NCBI RefSeq assembly: GCF_006345805.1
Contig: NW_021836814.1
Location: forward strand, 1-38,125
Reading direction: 5' to 3'
DNA length: 38,125 nucleotides
Source: Octopus sinensis
Lineage: Eukaryota
The notes beneath the pieces are model-generated. The model was not told the DNA's origin. It made no database searches and was given only the letters and a program-made list of their open reading frames with translations. This document shows positions 11,726 to 22,113 of the stretch, one piece after another. A program made the translations under genes and the position numbers. Position 1 is the first letter of the stretch. Each line of letters begins with the position of its first letter.

Positions 11726-12834
11726 ATACTTAATGAAATTTTATTTTTCAGACCAGAGACGAAATATAAAATTTTGACATTATTAAGATAAAAAAAACCC
11801 TGCTCAGTTGGTGATCCTGGGCCATGCAAAAATTTCTGCTACACAGTATAATGTGTGCTAGGTCTCTGAAATTGAATATAAGAATAATTCCTGGAAACCA
11901 GTGGTTAGATAAAACGTATATCGAATCTGAATGGGGAGATGTGAACTCAATAATTTTTTATCACTGTTTAGTGCGTTAGTAAACGGGATCAAAATTTCTT
12001 GTTAGATTCCAAAGCAAGATCTAATAAACCTATGTATATAATCCTAACAATACACGTAGGGTCTACCTCTAGATCCTCTGACTGGCTCGGTTTGAAGAAC
12101 CCGTTTTACAATCATTTTCTGAGGCATTCTAACCGAATATTCCGCGTAACACAAGTGTGATCCCTCGACTCCAAGATGTAGTAGCTCTTTTTACATGGAT
12201 TCTTGATATAATAGAATGATGCACGCGGTCGAGTAACGTACCATTTTAAATGAATACTAATAAATCTTTTGTTAATTTTTCTTTAAACATGTTCAAATCG
12301 TGGACAATATCTCATGAAGTAATTTTATCACTTACATGCAGTGTTATCTGTATTTAGTGACTAACGTTTGCAAATCTCTCAGAGTTGAACAGGTTTATTA
12401 AATAAACTAGTCTAAACAGAAACAGACACGATAACCTACCCCACAAACCTTATGTTTGATATTTATTTCTCAATTGGTTAATGTTACGTTCAGAACAGCA
12501 TAAAAATAGAGGGACATTGAATCACTCGAATAACAATAAAGTAACACAGGGAAAAGAAAAATGCATATGCAATAAAAATAGTACATCAATAGAAGCAGGC
12601 ACTATAAATTTTGTATTGCTCGTGTGTGGTCTCCTGATGTTATTGAAATGCATTGTATAACTCACTATATTGTTTATTCAGTGCATTGTATAAATTAGTG
12701 CGTATTGTATAACATAGTACAGTGAGCCGTTTAGTACAGAACTGTTGCGAAACGCTTTTATTCAATGGGACATCTTTTCAAATAATTTTTGCTTAACCAA
12801 TAATACAACCTCTAGAATGCTCTGCACAGAAAGG

Positions 12835-12880
12835 AATGAAATGAAATGAAATGAAATGAAATGAAATAAAATAAAATATA
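12835..12880. repeat. (GAAAT)n pentanucleotide repeat
   Basis: Directly visible. Confidence 0.9.
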
Positions 12881-13594
12881 GAGCGAAAGAAAAAAATCCA
12901 AGTAAATATATTTTGAATATCGAAAGGAAACGAAAGAGAAGCAGACATTGTGAATACGATAAAGAAATAAAGACAAAGAACCAGAAAAATAAAACAAATA
13001 TAATAGAAAAAAAATATAGCTGAAAGAGAAAGAGTGAAATGAAAAAAAAAGGGAAAGAGAGATAATAAAGAAAGAAATTGCAAAGAAAAGAAAGAAACCC
13101 CTCAGCACGGCGATTCATTATCTTCTTTTTCTCCATTATACTCTTCCATTAACCAAGTCACGTTCATCTAAAGATTTCCGCCATGTTTCTGGCCCTTGAA
13201 CTAATCAAGTTGAGTAGCAAACAAAACGTAAACGTATCTAAATATCATTGGTTGCTTCTACATTTTATAGTTTCTCCATTGCCTGATTAGCATAAGGAAA
13301 TATTTCGTGCCGTTTACTACTTTTTCCCTTGTGTGTGATCATCGAAAGAGAAAGTGTTATTGTCTGCGTAAAACAAGTCTAAATGTCTAGCAATAAAAGA
13401 CTTTAGTATAGCTAGAGAAATGAAGCTAGACTATCAGGTAAAAAACAAAAACAAAAAAACGCAGCAACATATATTCATAAAAATATAAAAACGAAAAAAA
13501 AGTCAATGTCACGGATTTTAAGCAGTATTAAAATCCAACAAATTCAAACTGTTCGAAATCATTCGTTAGGCTGTAAGTCTGACAAAACTAACAT

Positions 13595-13828
13595 ACGTGT
13601 GTGTATATATATATTATATATATATATATATATAATATATGTATAGTATATATATATATATGTATATATATATATGTATATATATATAATATATATATAC
13701 ACGTGTGTGTGTGTGGCCATAATTGTGTGTGTATATGTATATGAATATGTATATATATGTATACTTATATATGTATGTATATGTATAATATATATACATA
13801 CATATAGTATATGTATATATATATATAT

Positions 13829-13892
<64 letters not shown>

Positions 13893-14190
13893 GTGTGTGT
13901 GTGGCCATAATTGTGTGTGTATATGTATATGAATATGTATATATATGTATACTTATATATGTATGTATATGTATAATATATATACATACATATACGTATA
14001 TGTATATACACATGTGTATATATATATTTGTATATATTTATCTATCTGTCTATCTCTCTCTCTCTATTTATGTATATGTGTGTATATATATATATATTGG
14101 TGCCTTGTTGTACCACTTATCTACTTTATTTATCTATATATATATATGTGTGTGCCTTGTTGTACTATTTATCTACTGTAGATATATATA
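13595..14190. repeat. (TA)n field containing a ~190 bp-period internal duplication
   Basis: acacgtgtgt..ggccataattgtgtgtgtatatgtatatgaatatg.. occurs at 13699 and 13889. Confidence 0.9.
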
Positions 14191-15022
14191 TGAAAACGGA
14201 TCAATATTGAAGCAGGAACAGAGATACGTACATATTCAGTCAGTTGTAAGACGTTGCCCCCGTATGTACGAGTGGTTTATTCACACATTCGTACTTTAAT
14301 TTATTTCATGTCCATTCCCTGAAAGTTGTCGACAATCAGGGAAAAAAAAACCTACATTAACTTCGTCCTGATTTGAAATGTGTCTTTTTTTTTTGTCTGT
14401 TCAATTATTTCGAAGTACGATGTGTTTTTTGTTACCTATTCTTCATGGTTTTGTTTCTTTATTTCTTAGGAAACAAAAGAAAAAAGTAATAACTACAGGA
14501 CTTGACGTTGACAGCTTAGTGTTTGATTATAGGAATAACTCAACGTTGCTGACAAAAAACTTCGTCCGATATAAAAAAAAAATCTACATAGAATCTTCCA
14601 AACATGTACATTTTCGTAATAGAGAATGCTATTACCTACTCGAATCAATGTATAATCTTGTTTATCTAATAAGTCATTTCTTTGCTATTTCGGCCAAGAA
14701 CACGAAATAAGGTAGGAAAAGGTACTGAGTTACCTCTCCTGTCTCTCGGGAAAATAAATTCTTTAATTTTTCTCCGCTATTCAAGATTTCCATCTTAGAT
14801 TGTTTGACTGACAGAACAATTAATCAAGCGATCGATTACTTTATTGATTAAAATGTTGTTGAAATCACTGATAATATAAAAAAAGAGAGGAAAACCGAAC
14901 TAGCGCCTGCGATTATTGCTAGCATAATGGAAAAAATATACTTCAGTACCCTAGTTTGTATCGAAACACTTCCAAACCAAATAGAGAAGCAAAAATCAAA
15001 ATTCTCTCCGAATTAAATATAT

Positions 15023-15401
15023 GGATCTTATCGGTTTGAGCGGCAGTTTTTAACGTAATTTCTAGATAACTAAAACATTTGAAACTTCGTATACTGCTAG
15101 AATGTGTTTATAAAACATCTTTTTCTCTTGGCTTTATTGAACAAATTCTATAGTTTGTAAGGTATGCGTTGTTGTTTTTTCTTCTATTTCTGCAATTTCA
15201 ACCAATCAGTGACGTCTATTGAGTTAAAAAGCATTCTGTGTCGTATGAATATGTCCCTCGTTTAAGAAACAGATTGGGTTTATTTACACCCCTAACCCTA
15301 AAAGAGATTGAAATGCAATAGATCGATACTAGGGTCATAATTATTGGTGACAATTTCATATGACATCGCTAGAAAAATTGCCGCTCAAAACGAAAAGATC
15401 C
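15023..15401. mobile_element. Non-autonomous DNA transposon (379 bp) with ~29 bp TIRs and a perfect 8 bp TSD
   Basis: Left end ggatcttatcggtttgagcggcagttttt; right end reverse complement ggatcttttcgttttgagcggcaattttt. aaatatat lies at both 15015-15022 and 15402-15409. The first ~220 bp are homologous to the arms of 19246-19877. Confidence 0.88.
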
Positions 15402-15768
15402 AAATATATTATTATTCAATTTGTCACATTGAGGTATAAATATTTTATTCAGGAGTCTGTTATCATTGATATTTAACTTAAGTGTGAATTAGTTCATTAA
15501 AAATGTTTTCGATGCCATTTTCAATAATCAATATATTCTAGTCAATGTGAAATTTTCTTACGCAAAATAACACATTGTCCTAAATGCCGGTAATGTTTTG
15601 CGTAAACATATTGTTGGGCAATGTTACTGTCGATTCCATTTCAATAAACAACTACTAGGACAAATGTCCTTTTCCAAAAAAGGGCCGCTTAGCAATAACC
15701 TCCTGAATGACATTTTTGAGCGGTCAATTTATATGATCCGCAACCAGAGAGATGCACTAGTAAGCATT

Positions 15769-16078
15769 TTTTGGGGGCTTGTTCCTTCTCGAGCCATACC
15801 TGGCTCATAAGGGCAGGTTTCCCGGTTTCTTGGCGTATATGTTCCCCACCTAGATGGGACGCCGGTCCGTCGCAGGTGAGCTGCAAGATGCAGGAGGAAA
15901 GAGTGAGAGAAAATTGTGGCGAATGAGTCATCAGAAGTTCGCCATTACCTTCTGCCGGAGCCGCGTGGAGCTTAGGTGTTTTCGCTCATAAACACACATA
16001 TCGCCCGGTCTGATATTCGAACCCGCGATCCCTCGACCGCGAGTCCGCTGCTCTAACCACTAGGCCATGTGCCTCCAC
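15769..16078 (-). mobile_element. tRNA-derived SINE with a family A head and 5' body but a different tail; 12 bp TSD
   Basis: TSD ctagtaagcatt at 15757-15768 and 16079-16090. The head on the reverse strand is gtggaggcacatggcctagtggttagagcagcggactcgcggtcg. The tail cctgcgacggaccggcgtcccatctagg is absent from 6535-6835 and 30914-31304. Confidence 0.9.
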
Positions 16079-16890
16079 CTAGTAAGCATTACATGAGCAC
16101 AGTTCTTAATCATGTACGTAAGACTGTTGCTGCGAACGTAATCATTCTTCCATCATTCTGCATTACTAGATGCATATAGTAATGAGGCAATATACCGAAA
16201 TCACTAGGGAAAAACCCATGTTTGGGGAATATCTCCTTAGCTCTTTTTACTGGACCCAATGTTCCTGGAAATTTCTGTAAGTGTTTCTCACCAACCTCTT
16301 AGACATGAAAGATACATCTCGCTAACTGAAAGTCTAACATCTATATAAAAACAGATAATTTGATATCAATATACCATCTGTTTTGTATAGTACTCTTTTC
16401 AAGTTTAGATACTCGTTGAGATATTCCGTAAGAGATTTGCTTCCCCGTGGCAGGGAACATAATTTACTTGCAAGGCTAAGGAGATATTTAACAAGGAATG
16501 TTATCTCTTCAACAATGAACAAGGTAACGCTCGTGTATATCTCATTATTTTGGGGCATCTCTGAGGACGTTTGATCTTGAACAAGATCAAATGTTGTATT
16601 AAACACTGCGAACTGCAATAATTCATTGTGAGCTTAATCGAAACGTAATCTTGAAATGCAATTCAATTTTAAAAGCCACGTATTTGGACCGCTGCTAAAT
16701 CAGTAGTTATACATTGCTGCAGCGCTTCTTCGATACACATTAACTGGGTAAAACTGAGGATTTTTAATGGTGTACAAATGAATTCAAAGTCTATGCGATT
16801 GCAAGGCGTGTGCAAAAGAGCTACACACACACACACACATTCACGCAAACACACATGCAGACACATATATATACTTATGTATGTCTATCC

Positions 16891-16953
<63 letters not shown>

Positions 16954-16990
16954 CGCACACACATATACATTTGTATGTATGCGTATATAT

Positions 16991-17032
<42 letters not shown>

Positions 17033-17036
<4 letters not shown>

Positions 17037-17270
17037 GAGCTGCCAGAATCGTTATGACGCCGGGCGAAATGCATACCAGTATTTCGTCTGCCGTTACGTT
17101 CTGGGTTCAAATTCCGCCGAGGTTGACTTTGCCTTTCATCCTTTCGGGGTCGATAAATAGAGTACCAGTTTAGCACTGGGGTCGATGTACTCGACTTAAT
17201 CCTTTTGTCTGTCCTTGTTTGTCCCCTCTATGCTTAGCCCCTTGTGGGCAATAAAAAAAATATAGAAATA
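17033..17270 (+). mobile_element. SINE family C, full length
   Basis: aaggtgagctgccagaatcgtta..gggttcaaattccgccgaggttgactttgcctttcatcctttcggggtcgataaa.. is colinear with 5730-5963 and 34707-34934. Confidence 0.92.
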
Positions 17271-17284
17271 CAAACATATATATA

Positions 17285-17605
17285 CAGTTGGGGTCAAACT
17301 GTTCAGAACGGCATTGTTTTCGTCAGAAAAGTAGGTATAAATTTTTATCAAAGTTGTTTTATATTCTATAATTTTCACAGACAATAAATACAATATTATT
17401 GGCCACCATGGGTTTTACAGTAAATCACTAAATCATCCATAACCTTTGTATTATCCTCTCGAATTACACCAAAATCTCGGACAATAACAAATAATATTGT
17501 ATTTATTGTCTGTGAAAATTATAGAATATAAAACAACTTTAATAAAAACTTATACCTAGTTTTCTGACGAAAACAGTGCCGTTCTGAACATTTTTGCCGC
17601 AACTG
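17285..17605. mobile_element. Tc1/mariner-like MITE, 321 bp, 116 bp TIRs, TA target duplication
   Basis: 17285-17400 and 17490-17605 are inverted repeats with 8 mismatches in 116 bp by manual alignment. The ends read TA|cagttg...caactg|TA, and TA|CAGT termini are typical of Tc1-like elements. Confidence 0.9.
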
Positions 17606-18251
17606 TATATATATATGTATATATATATATATAGACACACACAAATTTGCAGCTCATATGCAGAAAGATTGAAATAGTAGAAAATGGGCGACATCGAGAG
17701 GCAGAGAGAGAAAGACAGAGAGAGAGCAAAAAATGAACGAATGAGAGGGAAGTGGTGTGTGTACGCTGTCACTTTATTACTGTAGAACATTAAATCTATT
17801 TAGTTGCAGATGTCATAAATGTAATTTTAAACGACTTTACATGAATTCACATGACGATTTTTCATAGCGCCTGAGTTGAAAATTTCTTTCGTCGAATGAG
17901 CATGTACGTAATTTGGATGTATGATTTAATCAATCATTGTAACCCTATAATATTGTGCAAATGTTTCCATATGAAAAGTAATTCTTTTATATTTATTTCT
18001 TCTGACGAATGTACGGAATTTGAACTTAAATTATGATGTAAGTTTAGATTTTCAAAGCATAATACCGTCAAAAAACCGTTGCCATGTTGAAAATATAGGC
18101 GTCGTCAGTATTATATGCACAAAAGTATAATCATATATATATAGTCATTACAGATACAAGGTGAAATATAATTAATTTAATAAAATCAACAAATTTCACC
18201 TAGTAGTATTTCGGTATGGAAAAGGACCATATTCGGTAAAAATTTATATAA

Positions 18252-18393
18252 TTATAATAATAAGGGTTTGTTGCAACAAGTTGCTTAAACCACATACCGG
18301 AAATGTTAGAAATAGCATTCAAAAGGCTACTATTTCTAAAATTTTTGGTATGTGGTTTAAGCAACTTGTTGCAAAAAACCATTATTATTATAA
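18252..18393. repeat. 142 bp near-perfect inverted repeat (64 bp arms, 14 nt loop)
   Basis: 18252-18315 versus 18330-18393 show 5 mismatches in 64 bp by manual alignment. Confidence 0.92.
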
Positions 18394-18397
18394 ATAA

Positions 18398-18513
<116 letters not shown>

Positions 18514-18589
18514 TATATATTGGCAGAATTGGCATGCGAGGAGTATGAGGCAAACAACAATACATGTTTTTCGGTCATTTTCTGATGAA

Positions 18590-18718
18590 CAACGCTGCAG
18601 TTTCCATCTACGAAATTCAGAGTTTGGCCTAGAGCTATAGTAGAATGCCCTCGCCCAATGTACCATGCAGGGGGATTGAACGTGGAACCATATGGTTGGG
18701 AAAAAGACTTCTCAAACA
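18590..18718 (-). mobile_element. Degenerate SINE family B 5' fragment
   Basis: cagtttccatctacgaaattc..gctatagtagaatgccctcgcccaatgtaccatgcagggggattgaacgtggaaccatatggttggg matches the reverse complement of the family B head and body. Confidence 0.7.
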
Positions 18719-19003
18719 TATATACATTCTTGCACATTATATATGTATGTATTTGTGTGTGTTTATATTTGTTGTTAAATCGAGTATTGTGTCCCACTAT
18801 GTCTCAAAGTTAGTATTACGGTGTCAAGTATGAAATTTGTAGTAAGTATGGTTAACATTGACAGCTGCTCATTTTGCGCCATTATTATATATTGACAATC
18901 TTAATTTTTGTTAGAAAGCCGACACATCTACTTCTTTATTCTTATTCTTATTTTGCGCTTTATAAAATAGTTATAAATCGTTTCTTACTAGATTTCTTTA
19001 GAT

Positions 19004-20144
19004 ATGGATAGGTCGGAAATGCGTAATACTTATTTCTTGGAAATACAGCATCACAAGCAGCTCGGTGTATTAATGGAGTATTTAATTCTAATGTTATTAC
19101 ACAGCTGATAGTATGAAATTGGTTTGCAAAATTTCATTCTGGTAACGTTGACCTCTCAAATGAAAGCCACCGTCGATTCGGAACCATCTCAAAGTTCATG
19201 TGAATTATCGTTGTTGTTTGGTGTTAGCAAGCAAACAATACTGACAGATCTTTTCCTTTTGAACGGCAGACAATTTCTAGTTAACTAAACACTTTAAAAC
19301 TTCGTATACTGGTAGAATGTGTCAAAATAAAACATTTTTTTTACTTTTAGCTTTCTTGAGAAAATTGTAATTTGTTCTTTTAACGTAGTTTAATTTTTAG
19401 AATTTTAACCAATCCTATGCTGTCTTTTGAGCTAAAATCATTTGCTGTGTCTAAAACTGAGACAACATCCTGTAACTGACCCTAAATCTCCCCCCTAACC
19501 CTAACCATAATTTTTTTTTCTTAATTGTTAAATTAATTTAATTGTTACGCGCGTAAAAAAAACTAAAGCAATGGAATTAAATTAATTTAACAATTAAAAA
19601 AAATTATGGTTAGGGGGGGGGGGTTAGGGTTAGTTACAGTATGTTGTCTCAGTTTTAGACGCAGCAAATGATTTTAGTTGAATGGAGGTAATCGATTGGT
19701 TAAAATTGCCGAAATGCTCGGATTTTCAGACGAAATATCTTACAAACTATAGAATGTTCTCAATAACACCAAAAGAAAAAGATGTTTTATGAACACATTC
19801 TATCTGTATACAAAGTTTAAAACTTTTTAGTTACCTAGAAATTGTGTTGACATCTGCCATTCAAAAGGAAAAGATCCATATTGACTAACCTAGTTCAAAT
19901 CGGTTAAGCGAGAGCGTTAGGTAAGTGGGTTCCAAATGAACTCAATGAAAATCAGAAACGGCAACGTTTGGAAGCATGATTTTTTCTACTTTCTTTGTTG
20001 GATAGTATTGTGATATGTAATGAGAAATGGATCCATTACAACACCCACAAACGTTCAGCATAATGCTTGGACAAAGACGAGCCACCAAAACACACTCCAA
20101 AGAGCAAAATTCCTCAACTGAAGGTGATGGTGTGTGTTTGGTGA
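19004..20144 (+). pseudogene. Decayed mariner transposase (N-terminal HTH region through the first catalytic-D region), interrupted by the foldback element at 19246-19877
   Basis: Manual translation: MDRSEMR.. (ATG 19004), NTASQAARCINGVF..V*NWFAKFHSGNVDLSNE, KATVDSEPSQSSCELSLLFGVSKQTILT | NLVQIG*ARALGKWVPNELNENQKRQRLEA* (WVPHEL-like motif at 19926-19943), LDSIVICNEKWIHYNTHKRSA*CLDKDEPPKHTPKSKIPQLKVMVCVW*. These match hallmark mariner motifs (WF.KF..G.FDL, WVPHEL, IVTGDEKW, KVMLCVWW). It is 3'-truncated, and a possible 5' TIR lies near 18815. Confidence 0.92.
19246..19877. mobile_element. Foldback/palindromic non-autonomous DNA element (632 bp, ~290-300 bp imperfect arms), 8 bp TSD
   Basis: The ends are agatcttttccttttgaacggcag and, on the reverse strand, ggatcttttccttttgaatggcag. 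The inner arms (ctaaaatcatttgctg..aaaactgagacaacat..taaccataattttttt..aattgttaaattaatttaatt) are nearly identical in inverted orientation. TSD atactgac (19238-19245) / atattgac (19878-19885). Removing the element restores the mariner reading frame. Confidence 0.92.
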
Positions 20145-20359
20145 GTTGCCTTCCTTAGCTAAAAACCTCTGAATTGTTCGACAGACCTCGTTTTCGGGGT
20201 TATTTTTGGAGTAAAAAAGAGTTGTTGTGAAGAAAACATAGTTTATTTGGTAACGGGGAGGTTACTGTATCTTTTGATATCTCACATGTCAAAATCGGCA
20301 GTCAGTTTTCGCATCCATAAGGAACACATACATACAGATACACTGCACACACAAATATT

Positions 20360-20366
20360 TACACAC

Positions 20367-20429
<63 letters not shown>

Positions 20430-20641
20430 ATATATGTATGTATGTGTATGTATGTAACACTGTGTACGTATACATGTCTATATAGATGTATATGTATTGT
20501 ATATATGTATATGCATATACACTATATATATATATATATATTATATATATATATATGTATGTATGTATGTATGTAACACTGTGTACGTATACATGTCTAT
20601 ATAGATGTATATGTATGTATATATGTATATGCATATACACT

Positions 20642-20680
<39 letters not shown>

Positions 20681-20700
20681 GATGTATATATATAGAGAGA
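20360..20700. repeat. (TA)n field with a 119 bp-period internal duplication
   Basis: taacactgtgtacgtatacatgtctatatagatg occurs at 20455 and 20574. Confidence 0.88.
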
Positions 20701-21290
20701 TGTATGTATGGATATGCATGCGTGCATACACATGCTCGCGTGCGAAAGAATTTGTCAAAGAAGTAATTGCTCTCCGAAGAGTGGTTAAATATCTCACCTT
20801 ATCTCTCAATCTCTAAATAGCTGTCGGTGTTCGCTGTCTGAAATAATTTGTTCACCAAATCTGACCCATCCATCATTCAACCATGGTGGTTAAATCATGA
20901 TTTGACGGGTTTCCTTGTCTCTCGAGGTTCTAACCTTATCAGATTTTGTCGTAATGTTTTCACGAGTCTATGGATGTGTCGAGTCGAACACATTCTCATG
21001 TACAGTATGATGATATAATATATCTGAAATTGTTTATTGACGGGTATATTTCATTATTTAACAGTGTGTCTGTATAGTTCTAAGCAAAATGATTTAATCA
21101 GCGTAGTGTCTTCTGCCTCACTTTTACCATCGAAAGTCCTGAATTATATTGAAGTGTTATATGGCGGTATTGTTTGCAATCAGAATTTTCAAAATGCCTT
21201 CCTTCATCAATAAACACACAAACATACACACATAATCACACATACACTCATACACACACACAGGTGCACATACACATATATGTATATATG

Positions 21291-21329
<39 letters not shown>

Positions 21330-22113
21330 TATATTTTATTTACAAGCAGCAGAAAATTCAACAAAACCTGTTACTCTGAGTTTCACGTTCCCGTTCGTCG
21401 GACAGTTTTTGCTAGAATATATATATATATATATACATATATATAAATCGATTCGATGTTAATTTGTCCTCATGAAGTGTTGTTGTTATCCAAGGAAATA
21501 CTGGTTCAATACCTATTAACGTTTTGGTAGGGGCTTAATGTGCATAATATTATGTACGTTTATATATGAACCATGATTTAAAATCATGCAAATGGAAAAT
21601 AAGAAATTGGAGGTATTGAAGAGTTTATTATGAGCAAAAAAGCAATGATTATCCCTTACAACTGTTTCAATTCACGGCAGTGAAGTTTAATAAATACTAA
21701 AATCATAACCTATTCTGAAGGAGAGAGAAATATATAGCCTTAAATATATTATGCGTGAGTTGGTAGCATCATGACAGCAGACCCTTCACAGCAAACGCAT
21801 CACGGTAGTTTGTAAGGAATAAATTATCGATTTTTTGCTGATAATAAACACATATTAAAGGTCTGTTTGTAGAGAAGCTTTTTTGCGAACATAACACATA
21901 TATATATATATATATATATTATATTATATTTATGTATATATATGTATATATATATGTAACTATATATGTATATATATGTGTATGTATATATATGTATATA
22001 TATATATGCATATGTATATATATGCATATGTATATATAAATCCTTAAATCCTTAAAAATGTTTTAGCCCGAAGGCCGCGGCCATGCTGGGGCACCACCGC
22101 TGAATGAGCTACA

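Noticed and set aside
16334-16618. 94 aa ORF in non-repetitive sequence
   Set aside because: No motif or family is recognisable. The length is compatible with chance, and there is no consistent splice-site pair.
19470-19635. TAACCC/TTAGGG motifs suggesting telomeric or Helitron/HINE sequence
   Set aside because: There are only a few units, and they are internal to an element with TIRs and an 8 bp TSD.
20789-20830. Strong minus-strand donor AAG|GTGAGA with a possible 40 bp micro-exon
   Set aside because: An isolated splice-like motif with no supporting frame; expected by chance in 38 kb.
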